A stretch of 63,632 nucleotides of DNA, counting the filler, from Nemertoderma westbladi (Eukaryota > Animalia > Xenacoelomorpha), in assembly GCA_032718475.1 (NCBI GenBank). It is 3 parts of 3 records of this genome, joined end to end, with 100 filler letters (N's around TTAATTAATTAA, not from the genome) between each part and the next. Parts side by side here need not be neighbours in the genome. Positions count along the whole stretch, not along the records: positions 1 to 29,238 come from JAUCBJ010003616.1; 2 more parts are not named here. One strand, written 5' to 3'. The notes below the pieces were generated by a model. It did not search any database. It saw only the letters and a list, made by a program, of their open reading frames with translations, and was not told where the DNA came from. This document shows, in pieces, positions 1 through 13,700 of the stretch. The position numbers and the translations under genes are program-made. The number at the start of each line of letters is the position of its first letter. The stretch's first letter is position 1.

Positions 1-100
1 CTAAACACAACAGAACAGGTACAGTTTTATTTTTTGGAATAATCAGCTGTTATTTGCGTCGAATTTCCCCTGGATGGGGATTAATTTTATTGCGTCCGGA

Positions 101-147
<47 letters not shown>

Positions 148-914
148 ACCCCCCCCCTAAGTATAACCTTACACATTATACTATTAGTGGATAATAATAT
201 ATAATAATTACAAAACTTTTTCGTATCACATCGCATTTTCTTATAATCACATTGTATCCTTTATTTATTTATACCTTCAAATATCACCATATTATATATG
301 CAAAATAAACGTTCAGCCATCATTACAGCAGTTAGTTACACATTACACATGAAAAATTGATTCGTATTGTATCGTATTTTCTGTCAACAAAAACAAAAGA
401 ATTATAATCTATCAATTCAAGAAAACAATTTACCAAAAATAAGCGCCATACTTTTAAAAAAAAATCGTCAAAAAGTGAGCGTCTAAATTCATTAATACCA
501 GCTATATTTTTTGCTACCGCAAAGCCATACCGTTACCGCTACGGCAAAATATAACTACCGTACGATCCCTGCCTATAAAATTGTCCCCCGCACAATTACT
601 CCCGAGGACAATTGCCACGGACAATTTAAAAAAAATATAAAATCTAATAGCAATGGACTATAAAATTATTGTTTAATGTTGAAAACAAGATAGGCGCTTG
701 AATAACTTCTAGTTAGGAACGACCTTATTTATTTTGCAATTTTCCTTGGGGGCAATTTATTGTTGGTGGTTAAGTGTCTTTCTGGGCAATTGTCCGGGTG
801 TCCGGGAGGTAATTATTGTCCTCGGGGGGTAATTGTCCTGTCACAGTGAATATCGGTATTTTGAATTAGTAATAATAATTTAATTTTAATTTATAAATAT
901 TATATTGATTATTG

Positions 915-1133
915 AGACAGGGGGGGTGGAAACTCGACGCAAAACCCGCCTTGGCGAATTAATATCAATAGAGGGAAAGGAGCAGGTTACAGTGGCACGT
1001 TATTTTAACCAAAACAATAACTAAGTACAATAGAACAGGTTACAGTTTTATTTTTGAGAATAATTAGCTGTTATTTGCGTCGAATTTCCCCTGGAGGTGG
1101 ATTAATTTTTATTGCGTCCAGTTTCCCCCCACC
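915..1133. mobile_element. MITE-like dispersed repeat
   Basis: Similar copies at 1-110 and about 59348-59590; imperfect inverted ends GGAAACTCGACGCAA / TTGCGTCCAGTTTCC bounded by G and C runs. Confidence 0.7.
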
Positions 1134-1172
1134 CTATCTGTGATTATTATATGATAAACCTTTATTTTTTAG

Positions 1173-1334
1173 ACCCGTCTATGTTGTTTACGAATATGCC
1201 AAACGGGAACCTTCAACAGCTGTTGGTTCGTTCTAGAAACTTAGTTTCGATACGGATAATCCAATCACAGCCCTGCAACTACTCTCTTTCGCTCACCAAA
1301 TATCCAAAGGATGGCTTACATAAGTTCTCTACAG
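1173..1334 (+). CDS. Receptor tyrosine kinase exon (subdomains V-VIa), frameshifted as assembled
   Basis: tttttAG acceptor 1171-72, GTGTGT donor 1335. Pieces in different frames read PVYVVYEYA / NGNLQQLLVRSR / ITALQLLSFAHQISKG / MAYISSLQ, joining in phase 0 to IVHRDL at 7253. About four small deletions are needed to restore the frame. Confidence 0.75.
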
Positions 1335-2297
1335 GTGTGTAAACGAACCGAACCGCCGCCACTTTAACATCAACGTAGAGGTACTATATATAAATACAAC
1401 AGACAATATCGCACCATTAATATTATTGAAAGGCGGCGGGGATACCAGTAAAAAGCATCGCCCCTTACGATGTGAAATCATAAGTGAAACTCACTTCACG
1501 GGGGAACCACTGCTGATTAGTCCAATTCACAGTGTTGAGTCAAATCAAAACACAAAAACAGTGGCCAGATGGTTTACTAACTTTTGACCTATTTGACCAT
1601 TTCTCCAACATTTACCCTCAAAATGTAGGTAAATTTTCAGTTCGATAATATTTGATTCACCCATCATCAAATCATGAGACTGTCCAATACTCCAAACATT
1701 GATTCGAAGGCAAAATGGCTGGACATTTTAATTAAACTTCAAAAAAGAGTTCTTATACTCTTCGAGTTTTATAATTAATCACCCAAGTGTCATATCATTG
1801 AAAAGAGCACAAAATTGTACGCCCATATTATGCATTGCTATACTTAATTAAAACTAAAAAAGATGTTACAAATTATAAAAATTTTCATAAAAGACAATTT
1901 TTTTAACTTTTTATGTCCCCCCTGTAATGATAGGTTTTTGCAAGCTGCAACCTATTGGATAATAATGCCTAAACCAATTGAGACAGCAAGAAATTTGACA
2001 CCGGTGCCAATGTTACTACGTCTAGCAAGGTCCATTATAAAAGTCCCCACCTGTAATGATGTTAAATGTTTATAAAATAACCCTTATGTAATCGGATGTC
2101 CAATGGCCAATCATATGGCCATTATGTTCTAAATCATGTGGAATTTTCGAAAAACTGCCTGAACAACATAATAATAATATATATACTGCACACCATCGGA
2201 TCAAATGCTGAATTCCACTCATAGTGTGCCCCCCCCCCCCCATGTAATGGGCACCATTGTAATGGGCATACATTACATGTAGCATAAGTAAGTACCA

Positions 2298-2545
2298 GTA
2301 AAATGTCACCGCCTGTAATGGTAAAATGTCACCGCCTGTAATGGTAAAATGTCACCGCCTGTAATGGTAAAATGTCACCGCCTGTAATGGTAAAATGTCA
2401 CCGCCTGTAATGGTAAAATGTCACCGCCTGTAATGGTAAAATGTCACCGCCTGTAATGGTAAAATGTCACCGCCTGTAATGGTAAAATGTCACCGCCTGT
2501 AATGGTAAAATGTCACCGCCTGTAATGGTAAAATGTCCCCCCTGT
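2298..2545. repeat. 23-bp minisatellite (GTAAAATGTCACCGCCTGTAATG, about 10.5 copies)
   Basis: Near-perfect tandem units; the CCTGTAATG core also recurs near 1920 and 2050. Confidence 0.95.
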
Positions 2546-3134
2546 GTCTTTCAGTTTTAAAGACTGTACCGGTACATAGGTGGGTAGGCTATTGTCATAT
2601 TTCATTAGGTATCCAATTACACCTAATCTAATTAATTATACCTAACCTATATATACCTATACCTACCTATAATATATATACATATATTAATCTAATTTAA
2701 TTACACCTAATCTAATCCTGGCAGCCACATGAAACTGGTTATACAGTTTTTAGGATTTTTACTTGTGGGTAATATTTTAGCATCTTAATGCATATCTTAA
2801 TGTAAATAAATTATTATTTTTATCCAAAAATAAAGGGGAAATTCGGCTTTGTGGATTATTAAATAAAGTACATGTAATGATTGTAGATGTGCAATATCCG
2901 GGCCTATTGATAATTATTGATTACAGACAGGAAAGTCTCCAAATACAATTCGCGTCACAGGCGGGGACAATCGATTACAGCTGCGGGGGACACATACACA
3001 TAAAATTACATTTCAGTCCCCCCGTAATGCAATCTGTTATCAACCCTCTCCTATCGGATGTACTATACTAACTGTTTAAAGTAATTGCCTGATGTCAGAG
3101 ATTTTATCTTCCAAAGTTGATCTTCTATTATATA

Positions 3135-6100
3135 CACCATGACCCGTGATATAGTGTCATTTTCTGATGACACGGACCCCCCCCCCCCCCCCCCCCATAT
3201 TTTTCTACAAATCTTTATCATATTGCTTGAAATTTGAAACACAACTAGTTCAACTCACCGTGGGTGTTACCATGAAGCCGGAATTTTCAATTTCGCCTTT
3301 AAATTTTATTTATAAGCGTTTTAAAAAAGTGTCTTTTGCCAAATCGCACCCTCTGTACATTGCCATTCTTCACTTTAGTCGTATTTTTTTTCATATCAAT
3401 AGAAAGCTTGCGTTGCAAGGATTCCAAATATGTAACAATATCTGAATTTCATTGAGAAACATCTGATATATAGGCATTCAAATATTGCAAGAATTATTGT
3501 TCGCTGCAGGCCATTTATTATATTTAATAAATACGTAATATTCTGGAACAATTTGTTTATGTATGATTAGCTACGCAGTATTGTATAGGGATACCACTGT
3601 TGCCTACCAACTCATAAAATAAATAACACGTTGTAGAATTTTGTGTATTTATTAAATAGAATAAATGGCCTGTAGCGAACAATAATTCTTGCAATCTTTG
3701 AACGCCTATTTCTCAGCTGTATCTCAATGAAATTCAGACATTGTTACATATTTGGAATCCTTTCAACGCAAGCTTTCTATTGATGTGAAAAAAAATACGA
3801 CTAAAGTGAAGAATGGCAACGATACAGAGGCTGCGATTTCGCTAAAGACACTTTTTTAAAACGCTTGAGGGTCAATAAGCTTAAAAGTGGCCAATGGTTT
3901 GTCCGGAAGTTACGATATAATTTTAAATGCTTTAATTTATTCGTATATAATAAAGTTATATATTATTTTGTAGCTAATTTATTTGCGCAGCTTACGCACT
4001 AAAAATTATCAAAATCTGTAAAGGCAGTCAAAAGATATGCCCCATCAAAGACTGAAATATCGTGAAAATCAGTTGTCCCTTACATGACACGACCACAAAC
4101 AACTGTAAATTTTATCACCCCAAGTGGCAAATATATAGGAAACCTATATATTGTTGGGAAGCTTAGATGTTTTGCTTTCTTTTCCGATATATTTCAGGCC
4201 ATAATATTCATGTTGAACCATTTGAGATCGATACATAAAATGGGCATGGATTTTTCAATTTTTGTGTCACATCTGTAACATTTACGTCTAGAATCTGAAG
4301 TAGTAACTGTAGGTTTACAGTTTTGATATATTTAGAATCTACAGGGTTTCTAACATATATAGGCCAAATATCACATACAAAGGGTAAGGTCATCTCATTT
4401 GGGAAGCATTTATGTTTAACAAAGTCAATATAGAAAGCATAAACGTCCATATCTGTAACGCTACAAATGTGGCCATAGATTTTGATAATATTAATCTCAT
4501 ACAAGTATAATGGTACGTGTGGAAAGGCAATTTTAATTTATGCCGCATTAACCCCAAGAGTTAATGTGATAAATAAACACCTAGGATGTATGGCGGTGGT
4601 AAGCGTTTTTGTCAACCATCTGTAACGCGTCACCGTTACAGTGCAGTGCGTTACAGATAGGGCATGTCTCATCTGTAACGCATTATATAACCAGTTATCG
4701 ATGCGTTACAGACTGTAGGTTTTCAGTCATATCTATATGACAGTCCTATCTGTAACGGCGTGTCATCCTGATATACATTAAGGCATCACTGACAATATTT
4801 GAATGCCTACGCGTTTGATACGTTCTTCGTCTTCCTACTGACATCCTAACTGCTCATGGTAATGTGGTAGTGTAAGATGGGTAAGTGTAAAACGCGGAAC
4901 TGGATGCAGGATCCGGATCGGTACCCGGATTTTGAGGTTAAAACGCGGATCCGGGATTTCATGAAATCCGGAAATGAGTGCAAAATGCGAATTCAATCTA
5001 ATTTGAATTGTTGCTGGAGTGTTACTGGATCCTCCCGTAAGGGGAGTAAAACACGGATTCATGTTTATCTCTATCCGGGAAGAGGTGATTGCGGATTCTA
5101 GGGAGTAAAGCGCAGATTCACTTCACATATGAAATTGTATGAATCCAGAGCTTCTGGGTCCGTGGTAAATAATTTAGGAATTAATTGCAAATATATACAA
5201 TCTCCATCTTATAAATTTTAAAAGTAGGCCTATAAATAAAATGTGCTTTTTACATAATTTCGCTTTATTTCGTTTAGAATTGTAGAAGATACATTTCCTA
5301 CAAACAGTGTTTTTTTTAACATACAATATATTGTACAGACGGTGTTTCGTTTTGCGTTTTTCGTTATTAGGCTTCCCTGCATAGGCGCGTAATTTATTAC
5401 AACAATGCTGATAGCAATGATCCTCATAGCATATAAAAGGCCTATGCCCTATATTTTACTATCAATTTCTAAATCATTGGCTTAACATCACTCACTGACT
5501 TACATGAAGGACTTGTGCACTACTTATATTATTGTGATAAGTTTAGTCAGATCCGTTTATTGGATGAGGTAATAGACGTGTCTGAATCAGTTGCAGGGAA
5601 ACGCCAGGGAGCGGTTAAATAAGTACAGAGGAAAAATGGACCGCGGTTGTTATACAGAGTATTTTAAACAAGCATATAAAAAGCGGCGCGATAGAGAAAA
5701 TTTAAACACGGGATAAAAAAAATCGTGTAAAACAAGATTATCGGTTACACAGAAAAATGTTAATGAAAAACTTTTTCTATTTATTGGAAATCTTGTGTAT
5801 TAAGTACATATAATTTAGTGGATGCGATGGTTATGGGCAGATATCACTGTTTGTTACAGATGTTTGTCCAATAAATTACCTTATTGTCGAAGCAATAAGT
5901 TATAAATACTGCAAAATCCATATAACATAATTACCGTTACAGATGGCCGTTACAGACGTTTGTCCCATAAATGTCATCACTGTAATGCGTTACAGTGGTA
6001 GACAAAAACGTTACAGATATGACATTAGTTTTTGCCATATATCTCCCTTTGAGCAGCGCGTCATGCTCTCCCTCTACCATCACAAGATTCGCCATGAAAT

Positions 6101-6382
6101 TATCTTTCGAATGGTGTATGGTATGGCACTAATTTCCGACAAAATTTTTTTGGTCAATTTGTACCCCTTTTTGGCCACTTTTAAGCTTATTGACCCTTAT
6201 AAATAAAATTAAAGGCAAAATCGAAAATTCAGGCTTCATGGTAACACCCACGGTGAGTTGAACTAGTGGTTTTTCAAATTTCAAACAATATGATAAAGAT
6301 CTGTAGAAAAATTTTACGGGGGGGGGGGGGGGGGGGGGGGTCCGTGTCATTAGAAAATGACACTATATTACGGGTCATGGTG
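3135..6382. mobile_element. Non-autonomous DNA transposon with long TIRs and TA flanks
   Basis: TA-CACCATGACCCGTGATATAGTGTCATTTTCT at 3135 mirrors AGAAAATGACACTATATTACGGGTCATGGTG-TA ending 6382; TIR about 200 bp; internal TGTAAC/GTTACA motifs; no transposase ORF. Confidence 0.85.
3313..3866. mobile_element. Palindromic MITE nested in the left TIR of the 3135-6382 element
   Basis: AAGCGTTTTAAAAAAGTGTCTTT...AAAGACACTTTTTTAAAACGCTT with arms of about 220 bp; host TIR resumes (GGGTCAATAAGCTT) after it. Confidence 0.85.
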
Positions 6383-7252
6383 TATAATAGACATTCGACA
6401 GGAAATCGAATTTTATCTTATCAGTAAAGGTAATGGCACACAGGTGTCTAATCTGTTACTGAGGTTCTTAGCGCGACGTTATACAATAGATAGACCAGAG
6501 GGGAAGGAGCCATTGGGTGCTGCATCATTGTACAGCAACCATTAGGTTTCTCCATTAGATAGAACCACCAAATATTTCGATAAGTTCCCTTAAGGGGACA
6601 TTGATTACCCCCATAGGAAGTGCAATTTTCGAAAATTTACTTTTTTTTAATTTTATAGAAGGGCTTTCATGTGGTGACACTGGTTTTCATCATTGAATGT
6701 TTTTTTGACCACAAAACAGTACTTTTCAACAACAATGGCCGTTTTTCATGACTCTCTGTATAAAACTTCATTATTTAAACTAATTTTGAATAAAACCGAC
6801 CTGCACAAAACGTGTATATAATTACAAAATATTTTTCGAACAAACAGATTTGCGAAGCTACCCATACCCAGTTTAATGTAATAAAAGATCACATATTATT
6901 ATGTTAAAGTTTCTAAATAGTAGCTTTATAAAAAAATATATTTGTGGTAGTAGTCCACTTTATTTATAAATATCATTGAGGCGGAATATTAACTATCCGA
7001 GAAAGAGTTTGCGTCATATTACTCCTCCATAATTCTCTCCATAACTTTCTCTATAATAATACATTGGAATTGTCAATGCTTCGAATCTCCGGCTCCGACC
7101 GGAGCTCATATTGTAACCCGGAGAAACCTCTGGGCTCCGGCTCCGGGTGAAATTTTGTTGCATCCCTATAGTGTGTAGTGTAGTAAGGGGGGCTGCCAGT
7201 TATCCCTCAGACACCTTTTTGGACCAACCATTAACCATTCCTCCCCCCGCAG

Positions 7253-7499
7253 ATTGTCCATCGAGATTTGGCAGCTCGCAACGTTCTCATTGCGGCTGAC
7301 AACCAGTCCTGCTGTATCAGCGACTTCGGTATGGCCAAGCATGTGTCTGCAGCGGGTGGCTCGGTTCGCTACGAGAAGCGACGTAAGGGTCGCAGACCGG
7401 TCCGCTGGTTGGCTGTAGAGAGTCTATTCGACGGTGTTTGTTCAATAAAGTCAGACGTCTGGAGTTACGCAGTGCTGCTCTGGGAGATTGTTACTCTGG
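7253..7499 (+). CDS. Receptor tyrosine kinase exon (subdomains VIb-IX), RET/FGFR-like
   Basis: ccccccgcAG acceptor; IVHRDLAARNVL, SDFGMA, RPVRWLAVESLFD, SDVWSYAVLLWEIVTLG; phase-1 GTTAGT donor at 7500. Confidence 0.95.
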
Positions 7500-7760
7500 G
7501 TTAGTAATTAGTTTGTTTCTCTTAAATTTTTCATATTATTTATTTTTAGACCAACTTGTCGAATTTTTTATAACTTTGTTAATGGAATAATGGAATGAGA
7601 CTTAGCAACTAACCAATATTAGGTAAAAATACTTACCTGTCCGTATAGGCTATAAGTAATAGCGCTATCATCTTAAATGCGATAGAGGTCCTCTATCTTT
7701 GTGTTCAGCCATTTCACAAAGCTGTTGCGCGGTGTATGGACACGTCATTCTCCATATGAT

Positions 7761-10700
7761 TTCACCCAGGTTCCCTCCCCTATATCTCCCAGGTTCCCTC
7801 CCCTATATCTCCCAGGTTCCCTCCCGTATATCTCCCAGGTTCCCTCCCCTATATATCCCAGGTTCCCTCCCCTATATCTCCCAGGTTCCCTCCCCTATAT
7901 CTCCCAGGTTCCCTCCCCTATATCTCCCAGGTTCCCTCCCCTATATCTCCCAGGTTCCCTCCCCTATATCTCCCAGGTTCCCTCCCCTATATCTCCCAGG
8001 TTCCCTCCCCTATATCTCCCAGGTTCCCTCCCCTATATCTCACAGGTTCCCTCCCCTATATCTCCCAGGTTCCCTCCCCTATATCTCCCAGGTTCCCTCC
8101 CCTATATCTCCCAGGTTCCCTCCCCTATATCTCCCAGGTTCCCTCCCCTATATCTCCCAGGTTCCCTCCCCTATATCACCCAGGTTCCCTCCCCTATATC
8201 TCCCAGGTTCCCTCCACTATATCTCCCAGGTTCCCTCCCTTATATCCCCCAGGTTCCCTCCACTATATCTCCCAGGTTCCCTCCCCTATATCACCCAGGT
8301 TCCCTCCCCTATATCCCCCAGGTTCCCTCCCCTATATCCCCCAGGTTCCCTCCACTATATCTCACAGGATCCCTCCCCTATTTCTCCCAGGTTCCCTCCC
8401 CTATATCACCCAGGTTCCCTCCCCTATATCCCCCAGGTTCCCTCCCCTATATCTCCCAGGTTCCCTCAGCTATATCTCCCAGGTTCCCTCCCCTATATCT
8501 CCCAGGTTCCCTCCCCTATATCTCCCAGGTTCCCTCCCCTATATCTCCCAGGTTCCCTCCCCTATATCTCCCAGGTTCCCTCCTCTATATCACCCAGGTT
8601 CCCTCCCCTATATCCCCCAGGTTCCCTCCCCTATATCTCCCAGGTTCCCTCCCCTATATCTCCCAGGTTCCCTCCCCTATATCTCCCAGGTTCCCTCCCC
8701 TATATCTCCCAGGTTCCCTCCCCTATATTCCCAGGTTCCCTCCCCTATATCTCCCAGGTTCCCTCCTCTATATCACCCAGGTTCCCTCCCCTATATCCCC
8801 CAGGTTCCCTGCCCTATATCTCCCAGGTTCCCTCCCCTATATCTCCCAGGTTCCCTCCCCTATATCTCCCCTATATCTCCCAGGTTCCCTCCCCTATATC
8901 TCCCCTATATCTCCCAGGTTCCCTCCCCTATATCTCCCAGGTTCCCTCCCCTATATCTCCCCTATATCTCCCAGGTTCCCTCCCCTATATCTCCCAGGTT
9001 CCCTCCCCTATATCTCCCAGGTTCCCTCCCCTATAACTCCCAGGTTCCCTCCCCTATATCTCCCAGGTTCCCTCCCCTATATCTCCCAGGTTCCCTCCCC
9101 TATATCTCCCAGGTTCCCTCCACTATATCTCACAGGTTCCCTCCCTTATATCTCCCAGGTTCCCTCCCCTATATCTCCCAGGTTCCCTCCCCTATATCTC
9201 CCAGGTTCCCTCCCCTATATCTCCCAGGTTCCCTCCCCTATATCTCCCAGGTTCCCTCCCCTATATCTCCCAGGTTCCCTCCCCTATATCTCCCAGGTTC
9301 CCTCCCCTATATCTCCCAGGTTCCCTCCCCTATATCTCCCAGGTTCCCTCCCCTATATCTCCCAGGTTCCCTCCCCTATATCTCCCAGGTTCCCTCCCCT
9401 ATATCTCCCAGGTTCCCTCCCCTATATCTCCCAGGTTCCCTCCCCTATATCTCCCAGGTTCCCTCCCCTATATCTCCCAGGTTCCCTCCCCTATATCTCC
9501 CAGGTTCCCTCCCTTATATCTCCCAGGTTCCCTCCCCTATATCTCCCAGGTTCCCTCCCGTATATCTCCCAGGTTCCCTCCCCTATATCTCCCAGGTTCC
9601 CTCCCCTATATCTCCCAGGTTCCCTCCCCTATATCTCCCAGGTTCCCTCCCCTATATCTCCCAGGTTCCCTCCCCTATATCTCCCAGGTTCCCTCCCCTA
9701 TATCTCCCAGGTTCCCTCCCCTATATCTCCCAGGTTCCCTCCCCTATATCTCCCAGGTTCCCTCCCCTATATCTCCCAGGTTCCCTCCCCTATATCTCCC
9801 AGGTTCCCTCCCCTATATCCCCCAGGTTCCCTCCAATATATCACCCAGGTTCCCTCATATCCCCCAGGTTCCCTCCACTATATCTCACAGGTTCCCTCCC
9901 CTATATCTCACAGGTTCCCTCCCCTATATCCCCCAGGTTCCCTCCACTATATCTCACAGGTTCCATCCCCTATATCCCCCAGGTTCCCTCCACTATATCT
10001 CACAGGTTCCCTCCCCTATATCTCCCAGGTTTCCTCCCCTATATCACCCAGGTTCCCTCCCCTATATCCCCCAGGTTCCCTCCCCTATATCCCCCAGGTT
10101 CCCTCCACTATATCTCACAGGTTCCCTCCCCTATATCCCCCAGGTTCCCTCCACTATATCTCACAGGTTCCCTCCCCTATATCTCCCAGGTTCCCTCCCT
10201 TATATCCCCCAGGTTCCCTCCCCTATATCCCCCAGGTTCCCTCCACTATATCTCACAGGTTCCCTCCCCTATATCCCCCAGGTTCCCTCCCCTATATCTC
10301 ACAGGTTCCCTCCCCTATATCCCCCAGGTTCCCTCCACTATATCTCACAGGTTCCCTCCCCTATATCCCCCAGGTTCCCTCCCCTATATCTCACAGGTTC
10401 CCTCCCCTATATCCCCCAGGTTCCCTCCACTATATCTCACAGGTTCCCTCCCCTATATCTCCCAGGTTTCCTCCCCTATATCACCCAGGTTCCCTCCCCT
10501 ATATCCCCCAGGTTCCCTCCCCTATATCCCCCAGGTTCCCTCCACTATATCTCACAGGTTCCCTCCCCTATATCCCCCAGGTTCCCTCCACTATATCTCA
10601 CAGGTTCCCTCCCCTATATCTCCCAGGTTCCCTCCCCTATATCCCCCAGGTTCCCTCCCCTATATCCCCCAGGTTCCCTCCACTATATCTCACAGGTTCC

Positions 10701-13700
10701 CTCCCCTATATCCCCCAGGTTCCCTCCCCTATATCTCACAGGTTCCCTCCCCTATATCCCCCAGGTTCCCTCCACTATATCTCACAGGTTCCCTCCCCTA
10801 TATCTCCCAGGTTCCCTCCCTTATATCCCCCAGGTTCCCTCCCCTATATCCCCCAGGTTCCCTCCACTATATCTCACAGGTTCCCTCCCCTATATCCCCC
10901 AGGTTCCCTCCCCTATATCTCACAGGTTCCCTCCCCTATATCCCCCAGGTTCCCTCCACTATATCTCACAGGTTCCCTCCCCTATATCTCCCAGGTTCCC
11001 TCCCCTATATCACCCAGGTTCCCTCCCCTATATCCCCCAGGTTCCCTCTTCTATATCTCCCAGGTTCCCTCCCCTATATCTCCCAGGTTCCCTCCCCTAT
11101 ATCTCCCAGGTTCCCTCCCCTATATCTCCCAGGTTCCCTCCCCTATATCCCCCAGGTTCCCTCCCCTATATCTCCCAGGTTCCCTCCCCTATATCCCCCA
11201 GGTTCCCTCCACTATATCTCACAGGTTCCCTCCCCTATATCTCCCAGGTTCCCTCCCTTATATCACCCAGGTTCCCTCCCCTATATCCCCCAGGTTCCCT
11301 CCCCTATATCTCCCAGGTTCCCTCCCCTATATCTCCCAGGTTCCCTCCCCTATATCTCCCAGGTTCCCTCCCCTATATCTCCCAGGTTCCCTCCCCTATA
11401 TCTCCCAGGTTCCCTCCCCTATATCTCCCAGGTTCCCTCCCCTATATTTCCCAGGTTCCCTCCCCTATATCTCCCAGGTTCCCTCCCCTATATCTCCCAG
11501 GTTCCCTCCCCTATATCTCCCAGGTTCCCTCCCCTATATCCCCCAGGTTCCCTCCACTATATCTCACAGGTTCCCTCCCCTATATCTCCCAGGTTCCCTC
11601 CCCTATATCACCCAGGTTCCCTCCCCTATATCCCCCAGGTTCCCTCCCCTATATCTCCCAGGTTCCCTCCCCTATATCTCCCAGGTTCCCTCCCCTATAT
11701 CTCCCAGGTTCCCTCCCCTATATCTCCCAGGTTCCCTCCCCTATATCTCCCAGGTTCCCTCCCCTATATCTCCCAGGTTCCCTCCCCTATATCTCCCAGG
11801 TTCCCTCCCCTATATCTCCCAGGTTCCCTCCCGTATATCTCCCAGGTTCCCTCCCCTATATCTCCCAGGTTCCCTCCCCTATATCTCCCAGGTTCCCTCC
11901 CCTATATCCCCCAGGTTCCCTCCCCTATATCTCCCAGGTTCCCTCCCCTATATCTCCCAGGTTCCCTCCCCTATATCTCCCAGGTTCCCTCCCCTATATC
12001 TCCCAGGTTCCCTCCCCTATATCTCCCAGGTTCCCTCCCCTATATCCCCCAGGTTCCCTCACCTATATCCCCCAGGTTCCCTCCCCTATATCTCCCAGGT
12101 TCCCTCTCTTATATCTCCCAGGTTCCCTCCCCTATATCTCCCAGGTTCCCTCCCCTATATCTCCCAGGTTCCCTCCCCTGTATCTCCCCTATATCTCCCA
12201 GGTTCCCTCCCCTATATCTCCCAGGTTCCCTCCCCTATATTTCCCAGGTTCCCTCCCCTATATCTCCCAGGTTCCCTCCCCTATATCTCACAGGTTCCCT
12301 CCCCTAAATCTCCCATGTTCCCTCCCCTATATCTCCCAGGTTCCCTCCCCTGTATCTCACAGGTTCCCTCCCCTATATCTCCCAGGTTCCCTCCCCTATA
12401 TCTCCCCTATATCTCACAGGTTCCACCCTCTATATCTCCCAGGTTCCCTCCCCTATATCTCCCAGGTTCCCTCCCCTATATCTCCCAGGTTCCCTCCCCT
12501 ATATCTCACAGGTTCCCTCCCCTAAATCTCCCAGGTTCCTTCCCCTATATCTCCCAGGTTCCCTCCCCTATATCACCCAGGTTCCCTCCCGTATATCTCC
12601 CAGGTTCCCTCCCCTATATCCCCCAGGTTCCCTCCCGTATATCTCCCAGGTTCCCTCAGCTATATCTCCCAGGTTCCCTCCCCTATATCCCCCAGGTTCC
12701 CTGCCCTATATCTCCCAGGTTCCCTCCCCTATATCTCCCAGGTTCCCTCCCCTATATCTCCCAGGTTCCCTCCCCTATATCTCCCAGGTTCCCTCCCCTA
12801 TATCCCCCAGGTTCCCTCCCGTATATCTCCCAGGTTCCCTCAGCTATATCTCCCAGGTTCCCTCCCCTATATCTCCCAGGTTCCCTCCCCTATATCTCCC
12901 AGGTTCCCTCCCCTATATCTCCCAGGTTCCCTCCCCTATATCTCCCAGGTTCCCTCCCCTATATCTCCCAGGTTCCCTCCCCTATATCTCCCAGGTTCCC
13001 TCAGCTATATCTCCCAGGTTCCCTCCCCTATATCTCCCAGGTTCCCTCCCCTATATCTCCCAGGATCCCTCCCCTATATCTCCCAGGTTCCCTCCCCTAT
13101 ATCTCCCAGGTTCCCTCCCCTATATCTCCCAGGTTCCCTCCCCTATATCCCCCAGGTTCCCTCCCGTATATCTCCCAGGTTCCCTCCCCTATATCTCCCC
13201 TATATCTCCCAGGTTCCCTCCCCTATATCTCCCAGGTTCCCTCCCCTATATCTCCCAGGTTCCCTCCCCTATATCCCCCAGGTTCCCTCCCGTATATCTC
13301 CCAGGTTCCCTCAGCTATATCTCCCAGGTTCCCTCCCCTATATCTCCCAGGTTCCCTCCCCTATATCTCCCAGGTTCCCTCCCCTATATCTCCCAGGTTC
13401 CCTCCCCTATATCTCCCAGGTTCCCTCCCCTATATCTCCCAGGTTCCCTCCCCTATATCTCCCAGGTTCCCTCAGCTATATCTCCCAGGTTCCCTCCCCT
13501 ATATCTCCCAGGTTCCCTCCCCTACATCTCCCAGGTTCCCTCCCCTATATCTCCCAGGTTCCCTCCCTTATATCCCCCAGGTTCCCTCCCCTATATCCCC
13601 CAGGTTCCCTCCACTATATCTCACAGGTTCCCTCCCCTATATCCCCCAGGTTCCCTCCCCTATATCTCACAGGTTCCCTCCCCTATATCACCCAGGTTCC

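Noticed and set aside
2298-2545. Second 23-bp array as a relative of the splice-site satellite
   Set aside because: Unrelated sequence, no adjoining exon; the equal period looks coincidental.
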